From: an uncultured Armatimonadia bacterium
GTDB lineage: Bacteria; Armatimonadota; Zipacnadia; Zipacnadales; UBA5352
Assembly: GCA_964484945.1 (NCBI GenBank)
Contig: CAZAHB010000002.1
Location: 16-64,015 of the forward strand
Length of the DNA stretch: 64,000 bases
Direction of reading: 5' to 3'
The notes beneath the pieces are model-generated. The model saw only the letters and a list, made by a program, of their open reading frames with translations, did not search any database and was not told the origin of the DNA. Both the position numbers and the translations under genes were made by a program. Below, piece by piece: positions 56,731-64,000 of this stretch (the stretch's first letter is position 1; every line of letters begins with the position of its first letter).

Positions 56731-56839
56731 CGCCCCTCCCCTGCGATAGACGACATCGCTGGCGGGACGAGGGGGGAGGAACGGCAACTGCGTACTGCAA
56801 GAGGGAATTATCGCTACTATTGACTTTTGATACGGACCC
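56731..56839. repeat. GC-rich palindromic repeat family 1, 5'-truncated copy
   Basis: cgcccctcccctgcgatagacgacatcgctggcgggacgaggggggaggaacggcaactgcgtactgcaagagggaattatcgctactattgacttttgatacggaccc. Confidence 0.65.
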
Positions 56840-56919
56840 GCTGTGAAGGTCCATGCGAGGTCTCCGGCGCAAGAAGCTACTGCGCTGGAGACCTTTTCTA
56901 TTGAGAGGGGCCTGCCCCG

Positions 56920-59760
56920 ATGACCCACCGGAGAGCCGCCTGTGTCGCCGTGCTCGCGCTTGCAGCGACTTTGTGCGCCGCACAGCAGCCCCCTGAAGAG
57001 GGCTTACTCTTCCATCTGTCCTTCGACAACCGCGACGTGGCGGCCGAGTACGCTCAGGGCAGCGCGCAGTCTACGACCTTCACCGAGAGCCTCGAATTAC
57101 GTGGCGTCGAAGGCATCCACGAGTACGGCTTTCAGATCGCCGAGGACGAGCGGCTGGACTACGACCTCGCCAGTAACTTCCACCTGCCGAAAGGCACTGC
57201 TTCGATGTGGATCAAGCCCGTCAACTGGAAGGGCCGTAACGACCGTTTCGAGGTCTTTCTCGACATTCGCTCCCCGCAGCACCTGTGGCGGATCTACAAG
57301 TACTCCCAGCCCAATCACCTTTTCGCCTACCTCAAGCCGGGCGGCGGCGAAGCCGCCATCGCGCGCACCTCCGCGGAGGACTGGCGGCCCGGCGACTGGC
57401 ATCACATCGCGGTTTCGTGGACCGGGGAGTTCGTGCGCCTGTACCTCGACGGACAGCTTAAGCACGAGAAGACCATCGAGCCTCCGATGGACCTTCCAAA
57501 CGTGAACGAGGGCTCGATCATTGTCACGCCGCCGAAGCTGTGGAAGAAAGGCTTCGACCCGAGTGACCGGACCGTGGTCGATGAGGTGAAGATCTGGGAC
57601 CGGGTGCTTGATGACGGCGAGATCCGCCGCATCTTCCTCACGCACGCCCCCGAGGAGACGGACGTCGAGCCGCTGGATGTGCAGTGGGAGATCGACCCGC
57701 CCGAGGGCGCGGTGCTGCTGGACGTGGACGCCTTCCGACTGATGGGCGATGGGGGAGAGCTTTCAATCAGGGCACGTCTCACGGACGCCACCGGCGCGCA
57801 GGTCGCCGAACAGACCGCGCGGACCGAGGACGGGGCCGCGAGCTTCGCGCTGGAGTACGGCGAGCTTGCGCCGGGCGAGTACACGCTGACCGTCGCTGCG
57901 CTGGGCGCCGATGGCGCGGAGAAGGCTTCGATCACCGACAGATTCGGGCGTCCGGAGGTGACCTGGGAGGATGCGCCGACCTTCGAGGGCGTGGTCCCGG
58001 AGCCATGGACGCCGATTGAGCGTGCGGGGAATACACTGCAGGTGTGGGGGAGAGGGCATCAGTTCGGCGAGGGACCGCTGCCGGTCGAAGTGACCTCGCA
58101 GGACCATGAGATTCTCACCGGCCCCATCCAGTTGCTCGTCAACTCCGAAGACCCCGCGTGGAGTGGGGGAGAGGTTACCGCCGAGGCTCCGGATGCGCTC
58201 GAGCGCGAGGGCGCGGGGAGCGCCGGGGACGTCGCGGTGGACTGGCACACGCGCATGGAGTTCGACGGGATGCTCCGCTGCGACCTGACAGTGCGGCCGG
58301 TGGGGGAGAGGGCGGAGGTGCAGTCGCTGGCGCTGGAGCTTCCGGTGACCCGCCAGTGCGGAGAATACGTGCTGGCTCCGGTAATGGAGGAGTGGGACGA
58401 GGACACGATCGCGATGGACTGGCGGGACATGATCTGGTTGACAGGCCACGAGGCGGGCATCTGCTGGTTCGCCGAAAGTGACGCGAACTGGGTGGCGCCT
58501 GAAGGCGCGACGCCGATCGTGGTTGAGCGCGGAGATGATACGACCACGCTCACACTGACCATGATCGGTGAGCCGGTGACGATCGACGGGCCCGTCAGGT
58601 ACACGTTCGGCCTGCAGGCAACGCCGGTGCGGCCGCTCCCGGAAGACTGGCGGAACCTGAATCTGGGCAATGCCAATCAGGTTGAGGGAAACCACGCAAT
58701 GCTCGTGGCGCAGGGCGGCGGCTGCTTCAAGCGCAACGCATACCTGGTGCCCGCCGAACAGGTGGATATGGACGCAGTGCACGAGCGCTGGTCAAAGTGG
58801 GGGAGAGTGCTGCCCTACTCGACCCCGACCTTCCTGGCTGACCACACTGCGCTGTGGGATTTCTACCAGCGCGCCTGGCGGAATTCCGAGCGCCACACGT
58901 ACGTGGGATACAGGGCACACGATGGCACCGAATACGCGCTCCAGGCGACCTGCCCGCGCAGCGACTTCTCGGAGGTGATGGTGCACTGGGTGGATGAGCT
59001 TCTGGCGGACTACCCGTGGATCGGCGGGATCTACTACGACTGCTGCTCGGCCACGGAATGCCGCAACACCGAGCATGGGTGCGGGGGCGTGGACGCCTTC
59101 GGAAAGTCCTATGCGAGCCACCCGATTTTCGCGCTGCGTGATGTGCTGCGGCGGGTGCTGACGATCGCGCACTCGCACGGGGACATTGTCATGAACCACG
59201 CGCACAGCCGGTTCTATCCACCAATTCACGGCTTCAGCGACTACTGGTTCCCCGGCGAGCAGTACACCACGCGGCTGGGTGAGGACCTGTGGTACTACAC
59301 CGACCGGATTCCGCCGGAGGTATGGCAGATCGAACTGAACTCACAGGTGCGCGGAGTGGGGATCAGCTTCCTGCCCGAATTCGGGCGCGGGACCGATGAC
59401 AAATACCGGTGGGAGGATGTGGCGCCGAGTCGGGCGCTGCTGGCGGCCTGCATGGTCCACGACGTGCCCTGCAGCGGTCACTGGGTGCACCCTGAGGCGA
59501 TCGAGGAAGTGTGGGAGATCTACGATCACTACTGGCTCTCGGATGCCGAATTCTCCGGCTACTGGGAGGCGGACTGCCCGGTGAGCGTGACACCGCCGTT
59601 GAAGGCCAGTGTGTACGTGACCGATGACATGATGGTGGTTGTGGTCGCGAACCTCACGCCCGAACCGGCGGCGGGGACGCTGCGCGTGGGCGGTGAGGAA
59701 CGGCCGATGAGCGTGGGGGCGCGAGATTATGTGGTCGCCGAAGTGCAAAGAGAAGAGTAA
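56920..59760 (+). CDS. Secreted LamG/concanavalin-A-like lectin domain protein with large C-terminal glycoside-hydrolase-like region
   Basis: Signal peptide MTHRRAACVAVLALAATLCAAQ. The N-terminal LamG-like block is WIKPVNW...WHHIAVSWTGEFVRLYLDG. The C-terminal half, 946 aa in total, contains a Cys/His-rich segment YYDCCSATECRNTEHGCGG. Confidence 0.5.
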   Translation: MTHRRAACVAVLALAATLCAAQQPPEEGLLFHLSFDNRDVAAEYAQGSAQSTTFTESLELRGVEGIHEYGFQIAEDERLDYDLASNFHLPKGTASMWIKPVNWKGRNDRFEVFLDIRSPQHLWRIYKYSQPNHLFAYLKPGGGEAAIARTSAEDWRPGDWHHIAVSWTGEFVRLYLDGQLKHEKTIEPPMDLPNVNEGSIIVTPPKLWKKGFDPSDRTVVDEVKIWDRVLDDGEIRRIFLTHAPEETDVEPLDVQWEIDPPEGAVLLDVDAFRLMGDGGELSIRARLTDATGAQVAEQTARTEDGAASFALEYGELAPGEYTLTVAALGADGAEKASITDRFGRPEVTWEDAPTFEGVVPEPWTPIERAGNTLQVWGRGHQFGEGPLPVEVTSQDHEILTGPIQLLVNSEDPAWSGGEVTAEAPDALEREGAGSAGDVAVDWHTRMEFDGMLRCDLTVRPVGERAEVQSLALELPVTRQCGEYVLAPVMEEWDEDTIAMDWRDMIWLTGHEAGICWFAESDANWVAPEGATPIVVERGDDTTTLTLTMIGEPVTIDGPVRYTFGLQATPVRPLPEDWRNLNLGNANQVEGNHAMLVAQGGGCFKRNAYLVPAEQVDMDAVHERWSKWGRVLPYSTPTFLADHTALWDFYQRAWRNSERHTYVGYRAHDGTEYALQATCPRSDFSEVMVHWVDELLADYPWIGGIYYDCCSATECRNTEHGCGGVDAFGKSYASHPIFALRDVLRRVLTIAHSHGDIVMNHAHSRFYPPIHGFSDYWFPGEQYTTRLGEDLWYYTDRIPPEVWQIELNSQVRGVGISFLPEFGRGTDDKYRWEDVAPSRALLAACMVHDVPCSGHWVHPEAIEEVWEIYDHYWLSDAEFSGYWEADCPVSVTPPLKASVYVTDDMMVVVVANLTPEPAAGTLRVGGEERPMSVGARDYVVAEVQREE

Positions 59761-59919
59761 AGAGTGAAGAGTGAAAAGGGAAAGGTGAAAAGGGGACGGC
59801 GGGCGGCGTTGTGCGGCGCTCCCGGCGGCCTGGAGGCAGTATGTGCTTCCCCTCCGGACGACTCCACGACTAACGACACAGGCCGGCGCGGGGGCCGGCC
59901 TGTCCAACGGCACCCGCCG

Positions 59920-60411
59920 TCAGAATGCCCAGCCGAGTATCCCCTGGCTGCCGGAGATCGGACCGTCGAAAATGTAGCGGTATTGGTAGAAAATCCCCTT
60001 TGTTTTGTGCTCGAAATCGCCCGCGCCGACCCAGAAACTGAAGCTGTCATCGTCATCCTGGTCATCGGCATCAGGAGTGAAGCGGTAGCCGCCTACACCC
60101 ACCACAAACGGATTGCCCTGATAGCCGGGCATGAAGGCCTTCGGGCTGACGCCTAACTCCAGTGCGATGACATCGCCACCGCCCATGGCGTCGTAATTAT
60201 CGGGCGAAAAGATGCCGGCGTCCACGGTGAAGCTTTCTTTGGCGAGTTCGAGGCGGTATCCGTTGTCACTTCCGCTGTAGGCCCACGAGGCAGCAACACC
60301 AAGCCTGTCGGGCTCCTGCCACTGCGCAAGGGCGGTGCTGGGGGCGAGTACGAGGGCGACAAGTGCGCCGACTATCGCAATGATAGACAGGCGGGCGATG
60401 TGCGTGGTCAT
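59920..60411 (-). CDS. Small secreted beta-rich protein, possible outer-membrane beta-barrel
   Basis: Signal peptide MTTHIARLSIIAIVGALVALVLAPSTALA. It has alternating hydrophobic beta-strand patterns and a C-terminal aromatic residue (GWAF). Confidence 0.4.
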   Translation of the reverse strand: MTTHIARLSIIAIVGALVALVLAPSTALAQWQEPDRLGVAASWAYSGSDNGYRLELAKESFTVDAGIFSPDNYDAMGGGDVIALELGVSPKAFMPGYQGNPFVVGVGGYRFTPDADDQDDDDSFSFWVGAGDFEHKTKGIFYQYRYIFDGPISGSQGILGWAF

Positions 60412-60997
60412 GACGATCAACTCCCCGTTGGCACGGTCGATGTCTGGGACGATTGTAGATGCCGATTCGGCGCAAGTCAAGCACGCAGGCGGTCGGTACG
60501 AAAGTTCCGGGGCTATTGCTTCGCGACTCGCGCCGGGCATCGGTGCAGCGCCCGCTCCGACTTTGCGTCAATTGCGTATGATGGTGTTGAACGCACTGCC
60601 CGGACCTCCCACGAATGCACTGCAATGTCATATCGCGCCGCGATATGACATAAGATATCTTATACGAAGAGAAATATGAGACCGGCCTGTTATTGTGGCG
60701 TTTGCTGTAGCTCCCGTATTGCAGGCAAAGGACGTTTAGCAATTGCACGGACCTTAACATCATGTTATACTCTCGTATGGACTGGTAGAAATCAGACGAG
60801 AGATAGCCCCGATGCACTGCGCGAAGACGTGGGGTCGTACCCCCCAACGCGTCGCTTCTCTTCCGGTGAGACCGGTCCAACGTCCATATTGAACTTGCGC
60901 ATGGTGACATCCGTTACTGCGTACGCGGCCAAATCGTCCGGAGCAGTTCCGGCAGCGATCACGCAGATGTGTACATCAATCAGAAGGGAGACGCATC

Positions 60998-61642
60998 ATG
61001 AGCACACGTCGAGGATTTACCCTTATCGAACTGCTGGTTGTCATCGCGATCATCGCGATCCTGGCAGCAATTCTGTTCCCTGTGTTCGCGCGTGCGCGCG
61101 AGAAGGCGCGGCAGACGTCCTGTCTTTCTAATGTAAAGCAGATCGGGACCGCGCTGATGATGTACGTTCAGGACTATGATGAGATGATGCCGCAGTATCT
61201 CATCCCCACCGGTCGGAGCCTCCAGCCGGACCTTCCCGACATTGGGTACGATCATACTGTCTGGCAGGACCGCCTCTATCCGTACGTGAAGAACTGGCAG
61301 GTGTGGGTCTGCCCCAGCGGTGGTGGCTACAGCGGCACTGCACGCGAATATCAGGGCTCGTACGCCGGCAACTACCGGTACGTCTTCTCTCACTGGGACG
61401 ACTGGACCTACAGTCTCGCGGACTTCACCCATCCAGCGGAAACTTTTACGGTCCTCGAGGGCACCAGTTACATCACCCGCTACGACCCCGGCATCCCATC
61501 GTCCAGTGGTGGCTACTGGGGCCAGCTTGACTCGCGGCACAATGACCAGAACAACGTTCTTTTCCTGGACGGCCACGCCAAGACCCAGCACGACCGGGTC
61601 GTCTCGCCCCAGTCCCCCAACTGGACTGGCGATTTCGAATGA
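60998..61642 (+). CDS. Prepilin-type N-terminal cleavage/methylation domain protein (DUF1559)
   Basis: N-terminus [39 protein letters not shown]. The C-terminal [13 protein letters not shown] is H-X9-DG. Confidence 0.85.
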   Translation: MSTRRGFTLIELLVVIAIIAILAAILFPVFARAREKARQTSCLSNVKQIGTALMMYVQDYDEMMPQYLIPTGRSLQPDLPDIGYDHTVWQDRLYPYVKNWQVWVCPSGGGYSGTAREYQGSYAGNYRYVFSHWDDWTYSLADFTHPAETFTVLEGTSYITRYDPGIPSSSGGYWGQLDSRHNDQNNVLFLDGHAKTQHDRVVSPQSPNWTGDFE

Positions 61643-61690
61643 ACGTCAGCTAACGACAGCGTGCGACAGCACACAGCAGCGCACGTCAGC

Positions 61691-61740
61691 AACGGCGAAT
61701 GGCAACGGCCCCCGCGGCCTGCGTCATTCGCCGTTTTGCT
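61691..61740. terminator. Bidirectional rho-independent terminator between convergent DUF1559 and URO-D genes
   Basis: aacggcgaatggcaacggcccccgcggcctgcgtcattcgccgttttgct has the stem ggcgaatg/cattcgcc enclosing a GC-rich inner hairpin. It is followed by a TTTTG run on the + strand. It abuts the URO-D stop codon. Confidence 0.5.
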
Positions 61741-62729
61741 TATTCTCTTGCGGCCAGGGCCACGGCCCTGAGATTCTCCGTCGGCGTCGTCAGCGGCACC
61801 GCGCACTCCGGTGCGATGATCTCCACGCCCGCCGCAAGCGCCTCCCGCACCTGTTCCGCCACATCCTCCGGCGTCCCCATCAGTAATGTTCGCGGATTGT
61901 TGATGTTGCCCATCAGCGCGATCCGATCGCCTGCCGCCCAGCGGGCCTTTGCCGCGGGGACCTGCGACTCGAAATGAAAACACTCCAGCCCACTGCGCGA
62001 TATCCATGGAATCCTATCCAGAGTGTCACCACAGATATGCAGAATCACCGGGCCCGGTATCGCCCGCGCAAGCTTCTTATGCAGCGGCCACAGGAAATCG
62101 CGGTACATCTCCGGTGCAACCAGATCGCCCGTGGCGTGGTCGGCCAGCGTCACCACGTCCGCGCCCGCCTCGAACTGCTCCCGCGCGAAGAGGCCCGGCA
62201 GAGCGACCAGCGCCTGCAGAATCCTGTGCACCTCGCCCGGATCATCGAGCGTCATCATCAGGAAGCGCTCGACACCGAAGAGGTGATACGCGAGCGTCCA
62301 CGGGCCGAAGACCTTCCCCACCAGCGCTACCTCCGGATAGCGCTCGCGGAGGACCCGCAGCGCGTCCGTGACCACCGTCAGCGACGGGTGGCGCAGGATA
62401 TTGGCCGGGAGGTCGATGTCAGCGGCGGTCGAGCACGGATGAACGGTGACCTCCGGCATCAGGTCAACGCGCCCCCAGTCCACCTCACAGCCCAGTGCAT
62501 CGGCCTCATGCTGGACGCTGAAGACCGGTGCGATCGTGTCATAGCCGAGGATATCATGCCCAGCCGCGGCGAGGCCCGCCATCGTCTCCGCGTCGGTGTG
62601 CGCGTCCGGGAAGAAGCGTCCGGTCGCCTCCATCAGTTCCACCGTGGCGATGGAGACGGCATTGCCTACCGCCGGCGGATCAGTGAAGTTTCCCTGGAGG
62701 GCCTTCAGAATACGCTTGCGCGGCGTCAT
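61740..62729 (-). CDS. URO-D-family methyltransferase (MtaA/CmuA-like, canonical length 329 aa)
   Basis: TPRKRILKALQGNFTDPPAVGNAVSIATVELMEATGRFFPDAHTDAETMAGLAAAGHDILGYDTI follows the MtaA/URO-D N-terminal pattern. ILHICGD and LMGNINNP blocks are also present. Confidence 0.7.
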   Translation of the reverse strand: MTPRKRILKALQGNFTDPPAVGNAVSIATVELMEATGRFFPDAHTDAETMAGLAAAGHDILGYDTIAPVFSVQHEADALGCEVDWGRVDLMPEVTVHPCSTAADIDLPANILRHPSLTVVTDALRVLRERYPEVALVGKVFGPWTLAYHLFGVERFLMMTLDDPGEVHRILQALVALPGLFAREQFEAGADVVTLADHATGDLVAPEMYRDFLWPLHKKLARAIPGPVILHICGDTLDRIPWISRSGLECFHFESQVPAAKARWAAGDRIALMGNINNPRTLLMGTPEDVAEQVREALAAGVEIIAPECAVPLTTPTENLRAVALAARE

Positions 62730-62952
62730 TGGCGACTCACCCGGTTATCGCGAGAGTTGCGGGACGGGAATACCTTCGACGCGGAGGGGGCTGAATCATG
62801 CGTTGAGGCGGGAAACACACCGTCGTCTCATTCTCCCGCATGTGATTAAACTTCACCTCCTCATACGACGGACGCCCCGCGCCCGAAAGGTCCCCTCGCT
62901 GTCCCCCGCGAATCCTTGTGCGCCTCAGGAGCCTCACACAGGGAGCCCACTG

Positions 62953-63717
62953 ATGCCCGAGCGCGAACCGCTTACCGCCGCAATCATCACCCAGGATGAG
63001 CCCTTCGTGGTCCCGTTGCTGCTGGATCACCTGCTGGTCGAGAAGAACGACCGCATCGCCGCCATCTTCGTGGCCGAGAACCCGCAGGCCGAGGGGCTGA
63101 TGGCCACCATCCGCCGCTGGGGATCGGTCTTCGATCCACTGACATTCGTGCGCTACGGTTTCCGCTACGTCCGGGCGAAGCTGTCGGGCGCGGACCCCGC
63201 GAAGGTGGCGCGCAAGTACGATGTTCCGATTCGGCCGGTCGAGAACGTCAACGCCCCGGGGGTTATCGATGACCTGCGGGAGATGGGCGTGGACCTGGTT
63301 ATAAGCGTTTCGTGCCCGCAGATCCTCGAGTCGGAGCTTCTGTCGATGCCGGCGGAGGGCTGCATTAATGTCCACGCGGGTCCGCTGCCGCGTTATCGAG
63401 GGATGCTTCCGACCTTCTGGGTGCTGTATGAGCGCGAGGCCGAGACGGCGGTGACAGTGCACTACATGAACGAAGAACTCGATGACGGGCCGATCATCCT
63501 GCAGGAGACGGTGCCGATTCGCGAGGACGAGACGCAGGCAAGCCTGATGCGCCGGTGCAAGATCGTCGGCGCCCGCCTGTTGAGCCAGACGATAGACCTG
63601 ATCGAGATGGACCAGGTACAGCCGGAGCCGAATCCGAGCGAGGAAGCGACGTATTACTCATTCCCGAGCCCGCAGCAGGCCCGGGAGTTTCGCGCATTCG
63701 GCGGGCGCTGGATGTAG
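62953..63717 (+). CDS. Formyltransferase-family protein (Fmt/PurN-like N-terminal domain)
   Basis: VDLVISVSCPQILESELLSMPAEGCINVHAGPLPRYRGMLPTFWVLYE matches the formyl_trans_N catalytic block (d..v.......il......p..g.iN.H.slLP.yRG..p..wai..g). The start is set at MPEREP (62953). Confidence 0.65.
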   Translation: MPEREPLTAAIITQDEPFVVPLLLDHLLVEKNDRIAAIFVAENPQAEGLMATIRRWGSVFDPLTFVRYGFRYVRAKLSGADPAKVARKYDVPIRPVENVNAPGVIDDLREMGVDLVISVSCPQILESELLSMPAEGCINVHAGPLPRYRGMLPTFWVLYEREAETAVTVHYMNEELDDGPIILQETVPIREDETQASLMRRCKIVGARLLSQTIDLIEMDQVQPEPNPSEEATYYSFPSPQQAREFRAFGGRWM

Positions 63718-63736
63718 GCGGGGATGAGGGTGACTG

Positions 63737-63976
63737 TCAGTCGCCGGCATTGGCCCCGGCGGGGGTCCACAGTTCCTCGCGAGTACCGGTGATGACCTGG
63801 ATCATTCCGCGCGTGAATGCAAATGTGACGACGCATATTGACATCGGAATGCCGAAGATGGGGATACGCGACACGCGCGTGCCGTCTCCGAGGTAGCCGA
63901 TGAAGGCTGCCAGATAGAATGCCGCCTGCAGATAGAAGAGCACCTCATAAAGCGGGATATTGTAAAAGCCCCACAC
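63737..63976 (-). CDS. Hypothetical integral membrane protein (possibly N-terminally truncated by window end)
   Basis: Two or more hydrophobic helices (LFYLQAAFYLAAFIGYL, ICVVTFAFTRGMI). The ORF reaches within 24 nt of the window end. Confidence 0.3.
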   Translation of the reverse strand: MWGFYNIPLYEVLFYLQAAFYLAAFIGYLGDGTRVSRIPIFGIPMSICVVTFAFTRGMIQVITGTREELWTPAGANAGD

Positions 63977-64000
63977 AAGCGCGCTGGTGATGAAGGCTCC

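Noticed and set aside
1-64000. CRISPR array, tRNA/rRNA genes, integrase or transposase genes.
   Set aside because: No regularly spaced short direct repeats with unique spacers are present. No T-loop/anticodon-arm-like cloverleaf sequences were spotted. No ORF shows recombinase or transposase (DDE, tyrosine or serine recombinase) motifs. The repeats present are dispersed palindromic elements, not arrays.

Overview
This is a 64 kb, high-GC window (roughly two-thirds G+C by eye) from a bacterium with many DUF1559 prepilin-type proteins (H-X9-DG proteins). That protein family is characteristic of Planctomycetota-, Verrucomicrobiota- and Armatimonadota-like genomes. Coding density is high and both strands carry genes. 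The six-frame track is inflated by long antisense and out-of-frame ORFs that are typical GC-bias artefacts.

Supported content:
- **Housekeeping genes:** ATP-dependent PEP carboxykinase (pckA) and histidinol dehydrogenase (hisD).
- **Regulation:** a giant PAS/GAF hybrid sensor histidine kinase, a FliA/sigma-28-family sigma factor and two XRE-type regulators.
- **Toxin-antitoxin:** a MazE/MazF-type pair with a recognisable promoter and operator repeat.
- **DUF1559 pseudopilins:** four genes.
- **URO-D / MtaA-like proteins:** three paralogues, two of which are a segmental duplication. Each sits next to a DUF1559 gene.
- **MttB-family methyltransferase:** a non-pyrrolysine homologue embedded in a glycan-degradation neighbourhood (GH20-like hydrolase, Cys-type sulfatase, heparinase II/III-like protein, BNR/Asp-box sialidase-like protein, DUF3604/PHP protein, LamG/CBM-containing secreted proteins).
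- **Polysaccharide export:** a 971-aa multi-SLBB Wza-like exporter, headed by a ParA ATPase, a small RHH protein and an AT-rich iteron-bearing region.
- **Firmicute-type genes:** a YtfI/YtfJ (GerW) sporulation-type gene pair.
- **Foreign block:** a low-GC region at about 26.0-28.3 kb with an excisionase-like HTH protein, a Rep-like protein with internal iteron-like repeats, an XRE regulator and CTATACAG direct repeats.

The most striking locus (52.6-55.8 kb, minus strand) encodes two tandem paralogous Tat-signal proteins, each with a C-terminal CXXX-repeat cysteine cluster (GNGCGTGCGNGCGTGC...), followed directly by a radical SAM/SPASM-domain enzyme with an about 100-aa Cys-containing N-terminal extension. 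I interpret this as a candidate maturase/substrate system in which radical-SAM-modified Cys-repeat proteins are exported by Tat. This is not a described arrangement as far as I know.

The large intergenic regions also carry a family of dispersed 110-205 bp GC-rich palindromic MITE/REP-like repeats with GGGTCCGTATCAAG-type inverted ends. There are at least eight copies, one compound and one tandem pair, plus a second smaller repeat family.
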